Counted from the stretch's first letter, positions 24,701 to 38,654 are shown. The stretch: DNA of 64,000 nucleotides from Ptychomitrium polyphyllum (GCA_973851085.1 OZ316775.1:8556001-8620000), one strand, 5' to 3'. Translations and numbers: made by a program. Notes: generated by a model not told the origin, from the letters alone.

Positions 24701-26944
24701 GTATAAAGCTGGCCAAGGCTCTCTAAAATTCTGTGCAGTAAAGGTGGTTAGAGCCTGCCTAAAGCGGATTGATTATAAGCCTGAAGTCAAGTTCGAGGCG
24801 AGCCTGGCCCACAGTCGCCATGATGATGATCCTGTAGTATTCCCCCCGAGGACGTTACCCAACCGAAACAGACATACGTACACGAAACCTCCTTTTCAAA
24901 TTTGGATGAGACATACAGCCCGGTTGCGCGCGCCATACTGCCAACAGTATGGCGCGCGAACCAAGTACCTAGTCCGAAGGTCAATACCCTCCCAGTGCCG
25001 GAAGCGTCTCGAATCGATAACGATGTGATACGCAGGTTATTGTGTTTCGATACCCGCAGATAACGCAGTCTCGCAGTTCGCAAATTCCGATTGATATCTA
25101 GCCTGTACTGTGGAGACTCTTATGGAATACCTGCTTCATACTGATGCGATACTGGTGAGACACCTGTGTGAGACTGAGGCGCTCATCGTGTTGAATGGAC
25201 AAGATCACAGCGTAGGAAACCTGTCGAGGCTGCTGTGTGTGGCGTGCCCTTCGGAGCCTTAACGAACCAGCTTCTGCACAGCCTCATTGTCTCTCTCTCT
25301 GTGTCTGTCTGTCTTTCTTTCTTGCTGCTTGTTTCCCCTCGCTCTGCTAACTGCTCGGTGTGGCCGTTGTTTCATCTCATTCCCGCGGCATTCTCTTCTG
25401 CAGGTTTCTTGACCCGCGCTTCTCAAGTTTCAAATTATTCTGTCAACATTAGAGAGAGGAGCTTCACAGCGCTACCTGCAGAGTGAGGAAGTGACTTTTA
25501 GGGGAATGGTTATTGGATGGATGTCAATGCCCGCGCGTCGTTCCTGTTGTGGTGATACGCTCTCTAGGTTTCTATGCGGTATGAGAGCTATCTTCTGGTC
25601 GCGGATTGGCGCTTGTGTTCGAGAGAGAAGTGTGGTCGATTGTTTAGACATCGGCGGCGCTGGACATCGTTGCTGATAGTATGAGGTACAAGTGTTGATT
25701 TCATTTTTTTCGTTTTTTGTTTCATGATGTCTTTGACGCTATCTTTGTGAAATACGGAGTTCGTGTGCGTTTGGTTCTCTTTGGTGTGTGCTGTAGGGTT
25801 GGTGCTTGTTTGAGGCTTGAGTAAGTGCAGTTTAGTCAGTGCAGAGGGAATAATTTATGTTACTTAATCATGGCAGTAGGCATGATGAGGTTATTTGTCC
25901 TTCGGGAATCTTTCAGAGTAGTCGATTGAACTTTCGATGAGATCATGTGTGTGATCGAAGACTCTGAAGAATCATGTTGCATAGAACGATTCATGTGGTG
26001 ATTAGACCGGAAAGGAGGATAGTTTTAAAATTTAGAGTGATGTCGGGTATCACGAGTTTCCTCTTGGGGGACTGTCTCTTAATATCTACGTGCAAGGTTA
26101 GTAAAGAAATTTTCGGTACTGACTTGTACGCCATCTCATGAAGAAACGGCTCTTTGATTGTACAGCTTCTCCTATTGTCGCTACACTATCGAACTTATAC
26201 ATTCAGGAATACTGCGGCTCTAGCTGTTGCAAATCCTATCCATCTCTTCCTGTTGTTACCTACTTCACAGTCCTCAGGAATCTGTCCGGAAGTGCGGTAG
26301 TTTCATACATGGATTAAGTTTCGGGATAGGAAGATCTACTTAGCCCATAGCAGTGATACGGTAATCGTGAAATTCTTTAATAACAGATTTCCCTAATTAC
26401 GTCTGTGCGCCAGAGGTACTGCCTGCTACGTCACATTATACATATCGACGGTCGACTCTTCGTGCTATTTCACCAGTCTTAAGAACCTGTTCTGACATGG
26501 GTAGGCAACATAACCTACTAGTTCTGCTTCCCTGCCTGGTTGATGGTCTCCCAATGACGTACGCGCGAATGCCTCTTCACTCGCTTGCTTTCAACCTTGA
26601 ACAGGAACTGACAGTGAGTCCTCTTCAGACAGTTCCTCGACAGCAGTACACAAGATTTAAAGTCTCACTCCTTCGCATCTACCGGTATCCTTCTTGCCTT
26701 TTTTTCGGAACAAAGGCACTCACCGCCGACGTTTCCCATATACGAAAGCTTGCTTACTGGCATCTTCAAGAGCTGTTTGATTTCATTCTGAGTACAAACT
26801 CTATGGCCACCACCATCACCATGATAATTCTGTACCAGTTTGCCTAAAGTAAACGGGGGCATACTTTCCTTTTAGGCTGCCAGCATTTGGATTTATACAT
26901 GAAGTTGGACGAGTAATTTTGGATAAGATATTGGGAAGGCTGCA

Positions 26945-29900
26945 ATGAGAGAGGAGGAAACGTGTGCGCGTTACTTGAGTCCGTTGGTGAAGCAGGATTT
27001 GGCCAAGCTCGACTTAGATGGGGAAAGTCGCCGACTCGCATTAAAGTCCCTCAAGCAATTTATTGAGCAACTGGATCCCACTTCAATGCCGAAGTTCCTT
27101 GCTCAGGTACTGCTAGCCGGGAACTGAGTCGCTAATATGTGAATTCTCTAAGGAGCTGCTACTATGCGCCTAAGGCTGCATTTTATCGAATATTGCATTC
27201 CATCCGTGTATTCTTTTCTTGATTGCTACTCCTTGATTCAAATTCCTTCTAACTTTTCATGTCTTTGTGATTCAACCATCAACAAATTTGAAATTTGTGT
27301 CATCAGCCCGTTAACAACAATGTAATTCAGTCGAAAATACAGCTTTGCTGTTTAGGTATTGCAGCAAGTTGGCGAGATCTGCAGGCCTAATATTACTCCA
27401 ATGTAACCATACTGATTTCTATACCGGGCACAAGCATTTTGAATATCAGGATTGCTACACAGCATCACGTACAATTGTCTGTCATGAATTTACGAGATCA
27501 ATGGTGAAGGGGCATCATACCTTGCGAGATATGAATATTTATGCTGGTTTTTGATGGCTGCTTGCGTAGATTGCTGAGTCTCGTGAACCTGGCGGATCAC
27601 GTTCATATGCTATCTCTCTATATGAGGAAGTTGCAAGGGTTCATAGGAAGCTTATTAAGCCCCACCTTCCGAGGGTGATGTCTTCTCTCATTCGAGCTTT
27701 GGCGGCAAGTGGGAGTTCTTCACATCTGCAACAAGCATGTGCCAAGGTAACGGCAGCTATGGCGCGATACACTATTGACCCCACAATGTGCATCGAAGAC
27801 GCCGAGGAGATTATCCGGGACATTTGCGACCCCCTTTCTGAAGCTCTTGCAGGTGAATCTGTGAAGGAATTCATGTCGTGTTGACTATGTGCACGCCTAT
27901 GATTGCATCCTACTTTTCAAGTACTAGCCATCACAAAATATCCTCTGTAGATATGTACCAAACAATTACGGAATGTGAATTTCAAGTTAGTCTGAATTAC
28001 GTAGTATATTCTGAATTGATGTTAAGTAAAACGTGCAATATTCACTGAGCCTCTTTTGGACTATGTGGTATCAAAGTCTGACTTCTTCATTACCTCTACA
28101 GGAAAGTTGGAGCCTGTGGCAGCAGGGGCTGCTGCCTGCATTCATGCTCTTATTGAAACTAAAAATTGGAAGTATGCTTGCGATGAAACAGTTCAAGAAG
28201 TGTGCCAGCGCATATCCGTAGCCTTGAGTGAAAAATCAACCCGTACCGTGTTTCACTTGCAGCTTGCCTCTGCATTAGTGTCAATGAATCCAGACACGCT
28301 TGGCTTGTATGGTGCAACGTTATTGAGGGCGGGTGAGGAGATTCTGAAAACCGCAGTCGACTCTTGGCAGCATCGAAAGGCGGCTGCTAAGCTACTGCAA
28401 GGAGTTCTCACAATTCTTGATAAGGAGACGCTGGAAAGTGAATTCGACCTAGCAATTCATGTCAGTCATTTACACCTGGGCGATATTAGAGATAATTGCA
28501 CGAAATTTTGCAAATCTATTCAATTGCTTTAAAAGCTGTTTTGTGACTATTTTATCAGAAAAATAATCTTCATCTTTATTTGCCTCTAAAGTAAGCTGGT
28601 TTTCTTATCTAATCCAATGCTAATTCTACGTCATATGCGTTGGAGTTATATTCCACGAGAAAGCTATCGATCTGAATCACCTCGTAGTCTGAAACGTGCA
28701 CATGACGTGGTGACATCTGTACGAAACATACTGATGGGATCATTTCTTCATGTCTGCAGGCCTTGGAGAGCTGCCGCCTTGATAAAATGCCGCATGTGAG
28801 AGCAGCCGTCAGCGAAGCTCTCTATGCGGCTAAAATGTTAGCTTCTAGCGACTCTTCTCAATCCTGCGGCATGTTAAGTGGTCAGTTCTCCAAATCTATA
28901 TGCAAGTCGGTGGAGCAGGGCCAGAGCTCTTGGATTAAAGGGGATATAGAACAGAGCCCCAGTTCGTGGAGTACTAAGGGCGACATATTTAGTTCTCCGA
29001 TCCTCCAAAAGCGTATTGTTAGTCCAACTTCTCAAGAGTCAAATCAGCTGTCCTTCTCGCCTGCTTCTACATCGACAATAGAGTCAATGGATATTAGACA
29101 TATTACAACCCCTTCAAGACACAGCAACAGTCGAAGATTAAAACGAACACCACTCTATCCCTCAAAAGGCAAGGGCTTCACAGGGTCCCCTGGATGTAAC
29201 TCTCCGGGCACGTTTTCTCCTTCAGGTTCCTCTACGGATGAGTGCGATTTTACTCCACAGAAATGTGCGTACACCCCTTTCTCTCTCTGATATCTTGAAC
29301 TTTCAATGTTCAAAATTCCAGCTTACTGCCCAATCACCGCTCATATTAGGAGCGCCATATTTTCTGTTTTCTTTGGAGCTTTCTTCACTTCCAAAAGCTA
29401 CTGCAGTACATTTACATACCTGCACGCCATTCCTTGTTGTGTCTCAGTGCGAACCGTGATCAATTTTCTTTTTGCAATGGTAGAACCAGTACGTGATACT
29501 GATCCCTTAAATATGTAAAGTATGTCTACAATACTTAAATAAGTCTATTGGAAATCCGCCCAGCATGTCAAAATTCTGTAGTCGTAACATATTGACACAA
29601 TCAGTTAAGACAGCTAGTGTCACAATGAATACAAGCTTTGAAACCGTCGATTGTCTTCTTATGTACTGAATTGGGTGTACTGTACTGGTCTTTGTAGTGA
29701 TTGAGAAGGAAAATGTTCCAGCACGGATAACGAATGCGAATGAGGCCCTTCCTAATGAGGAGTTTGGACATGTTCAAGTCCACTCTAAGGCGATATTGCG
29801 GGTGCCAGTACCTTTTGCCGATAATTTCAACTTACCAACTCCAAGTCAGCAACATGACAAGTTTGGCGTTGACATTCATACTCCAGAACCGAGGGACCAA

Positions 29901-31792
29901 TGTTTTTCAGAAAATCTTGTAGATCGATCAGGCCCACATGCCGGGAAGGAAGCGATTGTTTCAAATCCTATGATCTCAAGGCATGTAATGAGCCCCATGG
30001 TTTCGGCAATTTTGGATGAACTCACAGAGACTGCATCTAACGTTTTGACTGAGGATGCTGCAGGACTTGCACTACTTGAGAATCTGATTGAGGAGGTCTG
30101 CAATTTTAAGCCCAATTTGAAGCATGTAGATCTCCCTCGATTACGGTTGGGAAGCTTCAAGAGTTCTGATTTACCTTCCAAAAGTGGCTACGATGCTAAT
30201 GTTGGTAACTCAAAGCATAGCTCCTCAAGCACCACCATCCAATCAAACGAGGTATGCCCGAGTGGTCATAGAAATGGATGCGTGGAGGGGTGTGTTGAAG
30301 TGGAACCGAGGGATATGAATTTCGATGCAAAAGATACGACGGGAGAATTTGCACCTGGTTCTGAAGGAAGCGATGACCACCCACTTCGAGGGACTGTGTC
30401 GCAGAGACAAGTGAATTTTTGGAAGGATCATGACAACACTTCAGCACATCTTGACTTCACTCCAGAGGTGTGAGAAACATAGTTGTAACATATATAGCTA
30501 GATCTTCTTTCCATTTTGAGCTTGATTATCCTTTTTGTGTTCTCTATTTGTTCAAAGATCGGCCGCGGCAGTAACTGAGGACTAGTCGTACTGCTACTAG
30601 GCTACCTGAAAATGCCAAATGCACTTGGTAAAGCTCGTAGATTTGAAAAGCATTGATACTTCATATGCTTCTTTTGATAGTCGTATTGCTGATGATACTT
30701 GTCGGGGACATGCCAAAGGTGGAGATGACCATGAAGCGATTGCTTAGGCAATCGGCAGAAGAGATCCTTAAGTGTGAAGGCTGCAATTTGTGTCAATCCT
30801 ATCTTGTCCTTCAGAGCCTGACGAATTGCCTTGTCTGCTGACTTTCGCAGAAATCCAAGCCACTCATCACCACAAAGGACTTCCTGCCCTTCGCTTCACC
30901 AAAACGATTGATGCGTGCATTGCAATTGTTGAACTCCTCAAATCCTGATTCCAGGAGGGTCTCGTTGAATCAAGATATGGTATCCTGTCAGGATGATGTG
31001 GTCCTGAGCATGGTTGATATGGATGTTGAGGCCTCCAATGAAGCCGGTTGGAGCGTTCGCAACAACCCAATAGCATCAAATGAGTTGTTTGCAGCTGAAA
31101 GTGCTGATGAAGAAGTGCTCGAAGACAGACTGAAGCTACCTTCCGACGATACCCAGCTTCAGAATGTCCACTCTATGGACTCTCAGAGCCCTCGCGACAT
31201 TCATATGCTCCCTCCTATTTGTAGCGAGCCGCGATCAGTTGATGTTGAAGAGCCGAGGCCGCACCAAGAGAATACTTATGATTCTACACGTGACTGCTTT
31301 CCGACGTTCAACGTCAGCTCCCTCATTTCCCCTCAAGGAGGAGATTGCATTAAGTGTGATAGTATTTGCTCCACATTTGATACTGATATTCATAGGTCCA
31401 TATCAAGTGAAGTGCGCACTTATATTCCAATTGTTAAAGACTCGGATTTATACTCAGTGGAACACATTTCTGGTGGACAAGCGGAAGTGCAACGTGAGCA
31501 TGAGTTTAGCAAGACAGGGCTTTGTTACAATTGCCAGGCTTCATGTAAGAGTTATACCATGGTAGAGTGTTGCAGACTAAAATCATCAGAACGAAAACCC
31601 CAACGTTGGTGGGATAGCCGGGGCTTAGGACGATACATGCTTGTGCGGTTGGTATCAAAAAATTGGAGTAATCTTTGCTGGTTTGGAGAGATACTCTTAG
31701 GTGGCAGTTTATGTGTAGTGCTTACACTGCCTCTAGCTATGGCTCTTGCTAAGGCTCTGACTTCAGCTCCAGACCACCTCGTTCCCACCTAA
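26945..31792 (+). CDS. SINE1: SINE1/SINE2-like ARM-repeat outer nuclear envelope KASH protein; 6 exons (26945-27106, 27570-27852, 28102-28460, 28760-29264, 29698-30467, 30851-31792), ~1006 aa
   Basis: N-terminus LSPLVKQDLAKLDLDGESRRLALKSLKQF...FLAQ|IAE...YAISLYEEVARVH...LQQACAKVTAAMARYTIDPT resembles the Arabidopsis SINE1 N-terminus as recalled. Also RLDKMPHVRAAV and the FASPKRLMRALQ motif. C-terminal TM followed by DHLVPT*, a plant KASH-type -VPT tail. Exon phases are consistent. Confidence 0.88.
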
Positions 31793-32845
31793 GAAAAGAC
31801 TCAAGGATTCAACGACTGACTCTCAATTCTGTATATCCGATGTAACTGCTGGAGCTTGGCTAGTTGTGACGACGCACCTGTAACTAATTTGATCAGTAAA
31901 GTGCTTGTATAGACGATGCTGTCTCAGATCTTCATGAAGAAACAACTTGAGTAAAATCTTAACCTGCTCAGTTTTAGATCAATATGGGGAGAGTTTGTCC
32001 TGTTGAGAGCAGACGATGGCATCTCCGATTTTGAGAATGGAAAAAAGCTGGAAATTAGCATATTATGTGCGTCACAAAAGTGCTAGTATATAGGGAAAAT
32101 CAGACACAGAAAAGCAATCACAGATTAACGTTTATTAGGCATTGTAAATACAACTTGTCTTCGCAATTGATTTCCCATGGACAAAGAGATTCAGTGTTAT
32201 TGATTAACGTAATAAACCATAGACATTCGGGCAGTTTAGCCAAGGCACCCAAGCTAGCATCTGTACATAAGATGTGCACTTGAGGACTTAGAATTCAACG
32301 TCTAAAAAGCTCTCCCATTTACTCGACAGTCTTCTTCTAGCACATCCCCATATTGTTTCCAAAACTAATACTTAAAGGAATAGCTTGAATACTTTTATTC
32401 AGCAAAAATAACCTTTAACACTGGCCTTCCACTGCTCGCATCATCATTTACATGCCTGTGCTTCGCACAATAGAATCAAAAAGTAGCATCATCCTCATGA
32501 AAACAATCTATCATAAATGCCTATACGAAAATCCAGTACAAAATTGTGGAACTTAATCCTCTCCATGATCTCCGCCCACCCGCGGCTCCTACAGAAGCTG
32601 AAACACAAGCGCGCATCGGGATCTGCAGGCATTCACAACATCCACTTCTCGACTGATACCCAGGCGATATACCAGTTGACGCCCTCGTGACATCCAAAGT
32701 GATACTCGGGCAGGTATCAGGGCGCTTGGACAGTGCCTGACGAGGCCCCCAGTTATCACGGCTTCATTAGGGAGGAAATCATCTCCTCTCACATTAAGCA
32801 CACCATCCCGTGGTACTGAAATCCTTGAGCAAATGGATATGAGGA

Positions 32846-34531
32846 TTACGCCATCGTCAGAAAGGACACAACAAACGTCAAAGCCAACATTCCTGACGAG
32901 AACTGAAAATTCGACGCATCGGACGTCTTGGGCGTGGCCACCAGCGACAGCGCAAAGCGGCACTGGCCTTGGGAAGGATTGGTGGTCGAAATCTTGCCGT
33001 AGCCTTGGAAGTCACACGCGTTGATGTCCTGATTCTGGGATTGGTAGTAGCTGTTGAACGCGTAGGACGCGTTCTCTGGCAGCATGGAGCAAGTGGAGCC
33101 CGGATTCAAAGCTGTGCAGTCGGCACGCTCGCATGCGTACTGCACATTCTGGGTTAAGTTCGTCTTGTCGACTACCGCATCGTTCAGGATGCAGAACTGG
33201 GCTTTCATGTAGGGCGGGTAGTCGAGGCTCTTCAATGTCGTCGCCGCAAGGCTCGTGCCACCTGCAAGTGAAAGATTTTCATTAGGTTTATGTAACAAAT
33301 CACTGAGGATTGCAGTTTGCATTAGACCTAAAACAGAGGATCAGAGATTTTGGAGGGTTGGTGGATTGGTTGGTTGGAAGACCTACTTGCGAGATTGAGT
33401 TGGTATTTGGGAATGCCATCGTAGTAGAATACTCCCCAGTGGCGCTCAAACGGGCCAGGAAGGATGCTCTTCCAGTTCTCGTCCAGAAGACCGAAGAGGT
33501 AAAATTCTGTGAACGTGTTGAGGCGCAGAGGCGTGCCAACATTGCTCTGCAAGTGCGTAATCATTTGTTGCATGTATTGTCCCGCAAGGTCGATGGTGGC
33601 GTTCGGAGCGCCGTCCGTGGGCCATCCAATCTCCCCGAGCATGACCGGCATGTTGGGGTAGCCTGCCGCGCCGAGCGCCGTGATCAATCCATCGAGGCTC
33701 GCATCCAGCGCGTTTTGGTACACAATTGTGCCGTCGACGTTGGGGCTGGTCGTGCCGGTGAAGAAGGCGTAGTCGATTGGGAAGTTGGGATTCTGGTAGA
33801 GAGAGATGTAAGGGTAGAGATTCACACTGAAGGGTGCTCCAGTTCGGTTGAAGACTTCTAACATGAGCGCAATTTGTGACATATACTCCGGCTTGAAGCG
33901 AGTGGCGGAAGGCCTCTGAGAGTCTGTCAGAACATCCGCATTGAATGGAATGATAGCCCTCACTTCACTGTGCCCTGCTTGGTCCAACGCAGTCTGGATG
34001 TTGCGGAGAGCGGGATACGTCGTGTTGAGATATGAGTTGTTGTAGGCTGTCAAGAAGGGCTCGTTGCCCACTGCCACCCACCTGCACAGCAGATTAGGTT
34101 AGCTCTGGCACCGAGATGATTGGCAAAGCGATCCATAGCAAGAGAATAATGAGCTTGGTGTTCAGCGATAAGAATGGTTTGTGACCTACTTACTTGATGT
34201 CTACGCCGCCTTGAAAAAGGAACTGCGTGACGTTTTGCTTTACCCACGCAGCGGCTGCATTTGGATCCCCGAGGGTTGAGAGCAAGTTGTTAGGAGCCGC
34301 GACCATAAGCTCGATCCCTGTCCCAGCCATAGAGCGGATGATGTCGTAATCCGCGTCGAAGATCTTTGCCTTCTTAATGCCATTGATTTGCATCAGCTTT
34401 ACTACGTCACTAGGCGGCAACTGGTTGAAGGCTTGGTTGCCCCAGTTCACTCCCAATGCGGTGACACCAATCCCAGCACTTGCTACCATGAGAAGAGTCA
34501 CAAAACCTAGCAACGCTCCTACTCTTGCCAT
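32846..34531 (-). CDS. Glucan endo-1,3-beta-glucosidase (GH17 + X8/CBM43, probably GPI-anchored); 3 exons (34531-34194, 34081-33387, 33261-32846)
   Basis: Signal peptide then LGVNWG, KIFDAD, WVAVGNEPFL, GEIGWPTDG, YLFGLLDE, FERHWG. X8 domain YACERADCTALNPGSTC...SYAFNSYYQ...CDFQG. Hydrophobic C-terminal tail. Confidence 0.95.
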
Positions 34532-36030
34532 CCCTGCTGCTCGTGAATTTACACGTAATAAATTTTGACTACAAGCCCACTTATGCACACTGCTGGTCGG
34601 TGGTAAGCGAGGGTATTGAGCTTTATCCTTGAGCTACCAATTAACAGTTTGATTGCGAAGATCACAAAGCAAAGTGAGCTTTCACTTCTTTCGAGCTCCA
34701 ATTGGTCAGTACAAAACCTCGCCCTGATCTGAAATTAGCAAAACTCTTCCCACTGCAGTATCGATATTCGAGTGTTGCAGCAGACTCTGCGCAACTGCCC
34801 ACTCCACCTCTGTGATGCAAAGAACGATCCTTAGAGCCGACGCTGATAGTAGTCTATGAATTGGCCCAATCTCCAGCATCAAGTCACAGTGACAAGCTCT
34901 AAGTGGGGATCCCAAGTTCCAACACTTACTAAACTAGAAGAATCTAAGGCTGCTGCTCTTACATGAACTAATATAGTGCCACTTCTGAAGTAGAGAAATC
35001 AACTTGACACTATCAACTGTACCGTCATAGAAGTCATGTTGTTCAAATGAAACTTATGGAACAGAACCAAGTGGAAATATTTTAAAACTACTCTCACTGA
35101 TGCAGGTGCTTGCATTGTGTAGGGTCTCACGCATATATACCTTATACTTTTTTTGGTCTTGACGCGGTCTTGAATTAGTCCATGTGCTGCAAGGTTAAAT
35201 TTCAAAACCTGGTAGACCCAAGATCTCTTGCAGACTTCTTGTTGGTGTACTGCCCGGTACTGTAGCTGGAGGAGTAACACATGAATATCACTCGCATGAA
35301 AGGTAACCTTCGAGGAAACTCTATCGTATCTATGATCAACTCCACGATCTCGTGCTCCACAAGGTAATACACCATTGTATACTGTGTTTTGACACGCCCT
35401 GAGCTCGACGGCTGTTACACGCTTCTGTCACCCATTGTTTCTAAACGGACAATAAAAACACCACGCGTTTAGAAGAATCAGAATAGAAATAAAGTAGAAG
35501 GTAAGAAACTCACCGCGGTGATCAAGTTTCTAACAACCTCGGTAATTTCGATGCCACCCGGATGGTTTCTAGGTTCGAACTTGCAGCAGAAGTGGCTTGT
35601 TGCGGACATGATCAGGAGCAGAAGGTTCATCGCCGGCTTAGTCACCTTGCAAAGAAAAGTGTGTCGTTACAGCTACATTCTATAAATACACGATGTTTCA
35701 CGAAGTTTAGCGTAGGTTAACTAAATTTAGCCCAATCTGATTCTTCTTTTCAGAACGCTGCATGTCCACCTATGACGTAACAGTAATTTTACCTCATTTA
35801 AGTGCGTTCACACACTTGACAAGTTCACAGCAGTTTCTAAAATTCGGCACCGTTGGATCTTTTCGTCACAAGCCTGCCTTTATGCCACCCTCTATGGTAG
35901 CTTATGTGGCAGAATGTAAGGGAATTCCGGATTGAGGATCTGTCGTGACTCTTGATTCTCATCACCTAGGTAGGTGTTGCCCGGGCGGCCTATGACATTA
36001 AGTCCCACGGCTTCCAAGCCGTGAGGGCAA

Positions 36031-36169
36031 GAGCTGGGGCTTGGGGCAGAGCTTGGGGCAGTGGGGGCTTGGGTGAGGTGGATCTTGGTGAGGTGGAGCT
36101 TGGGGCAGTGGGGGCTTGGGTGAGGTGGGTCTTGGTGAGGTGGAGCTTGGGGCAGTGGGGGCTTGGGTG
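36031..36169 (+). repeat. G-rich 47-bp tandem repeat (~2.5 units)
   Basis: GAGCTTGGGGCAGTGGGGGCTTGGGTGAGGTGG(A/G)TCTTGGTGAGGTG starts at 36049, 36096 and 36143. Confidence 0.9.
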
Positions 36170-36367
36170 CAGTCACTTGGACCCAGATCGGTCATCCACC
36201 CAGTGTTGGACATTGTGATGAGGGGTGCCCATTCAGGGAAATAATATCACGTGGTTAGAATCTTACAAAGAATGGCAAGTTCGAGGCCCAGTAGCTGTTG
36301 AATGATTAGTGGCTCAGTGTCATCTTGAAAAAAATTATTGATAATGTCAAATGTATAATTTAATACT

Positions 36368-36789
36368 TGTGTTGAGGACACATATATTAGAAGTTTTTAG
36401 AAGGACAAAGAAGGTTTAAGGAGGTTTAAGAAGATTCTTAAAGGATCTAAGGAAGTCTAGAAAGGTTCCTAGAAGAACCAAGGAGGTCTAAGAAGTTGTT
36501 AAAAAAGCTACTTTAGTCTTAAATGTTCCAATAAGTCAAGAAAATTTACAAAGAAGCAATTTGATATTGCTTGAATATGAATTGCCGTATTGGTAGCTTC
36601 TTAAGAAGTTTTTAAGGGATTTTAGATTTATCATAGATTGGAGTTGAAGCTAAATGGGTCTTCAATCTTGACAATGTATTTGCTTTGGTTTAATTCAAAA
36701 AAATTGGCCTTGTATCTTAGCCTAATTCCTAGTTCTCAATTTATTCAATCTTTATTTTGTATCTTTGTTTTACATGTTTATTTGTAACA
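36368..36789. mobile_element. Probable solo LTR of another family
   Basis: TG...CA ends, flanks ATACT/CTACT (5-bp TSD with one mismatch), and internal AGAAGGTT(C/T)TA-type short repeats like those in neighbouring LTRs. Confidence 0.5.
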
Positions 36790-38654
36790 CTACTTTGTAC
36801 ATCCATTCTATTTTATTTTAATTTAAAATAAAGCTCAATGACTTAGAAGTCATGGTAGGTTACACAAAGTTTTATGACAAAGAATTAATAAATTTGTTGG
36901 AATAATAGATTATAAATATTTATTCAATGTCCATAATGTTCAATTATAGTTTCAAAATTATTTACATATGGTTTACGTCATAAGATTGTTAAATCTCATA
37001 CTACTTATAAATATGATGCATGCAGCTATTTTATTAAAAATCAAGTCATTTTAATAGTCTTTAAAATTCTACCATCATAATAGTCATTATAAAATATAAT
37101 TTCAATAATTTTTTTTTCATATGCACCAAAATTAAAAGAAATTCTAATGCTACTACTTCCAATTAACTTTAGAATGATTCTTTAAAACTATTTGAATTAT
37201 TTGTGTTACAAAATAGCATAGTTGTTAATGGTAGAGGTAAGAAATGTAATTGTTGTATCACCAAGAAAGTCCTATATGTAAAACTTAAGATGATTATTAC
37301 TTAAAATTTTTCTTTATATTACATGATTTTTCTATAGTGATGTCTTTTTAATATAGGTAGTTAAAATATCAACATTTTATTTTTTTTATTAAATAAAATA
37401 GTAGCATTAATACTACCAATAGTTATTATTTTGTTGGTGTGGTATATATCATTTTTCAAAGTTTAAAATTATTAACTTGAATGAAGCTTATAAACATGGA
37501 AATGGTTGTTTTTTTCCTAATGAACATTTTTATATTAATAAGTATATATGTAATTTATTTAAAGATCAATAACTATGATGGTATACTTTTTAGAAATTTG
37601 AGATTATTAAAATAGCTATTTTGAATTTTGTAAATAAATTTGTTACTTCTATTTAAATCTTTTAAAATCCAATTAAATAACTAACTCAATATAAATGAAA
37701 ACTTCAACCAATATATTCATAATTCTATAATTAAATATACATTTATATTAAATTTTTTTCTATGCATAAAAATTATTACTAGGCTATTGCATATTATACT
37801 TGGTAATATCAGACTCTTTCTACCAATCTTTGCCTATTAGTACTACCAGACATCCTCCAACGGTAACTACCAAATGATAGTAGTAGTTTGTTAATTTAAA
37901 CAAACAATTGTAGATCTATTTTTATAGGATCTTAAATCTAGTATTTAAACCTTCAACCAAAAGAGTTGAATATGTACTGTATTTTTCTTTTTCTATGAAA
38001 CAAGTTATACACTTCATTCTCTTATTTGTTCATGATTTTCATTTCAGAATATATATTCATATGTATGTCCTTCCATTCTAGCAAGTGCTATAGTACTTAT
38101 AGTTTGATCCTTAATATTGTTATGTCTCTTCCATTTGGTAATATTAACTATAAGTTCATATAAATTGTTTTTTCTAGATCTGGACTCCTTAGTAAAGAAC
38201 TATCAAGCCTTCGAGTACTCAATAATTACCCATCATAATACTGGAATAGTCAATCATTCTAAGACAAGATTTTTCCAGTAAAGAATTATCAAGTCTTTGA
38301 TCACTTTGTAGTTACTGACCTTAATAAAAATCAAACCACTTTTAATTTAAATAAGAATTCAATACTTAGAAGCTTTACAATTGGTTTTTCTGTTTTAAAA
38401 AAATAAGATTGAATCATTTAATAAGTATATATAGTAATTTTAAAAATCATACTAATTTTGTAGATAATCTTTGCTTTCTATTTATTCTTGGTTTTGAACT
38501 TTTTAACATGGTTTTTTCCTTCAAATTAACATACTTCATTCCAATGTCTGATATTGATTTTAAAATAGATGACTAGAATTTATCTTTGTCCAAGAATAGT
38601 TGAGTCTTCATAAGCTTCCAAAAGAAAAACGTACAAGACTAAATGCACATTTAT

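Noticed and set aside
35892..36213. Proline-rich extensin-like ORFs
   Set aside because: Translation of the 47-bp repeat; the period is not a multiple of three and the starts are non-ATG or weak.
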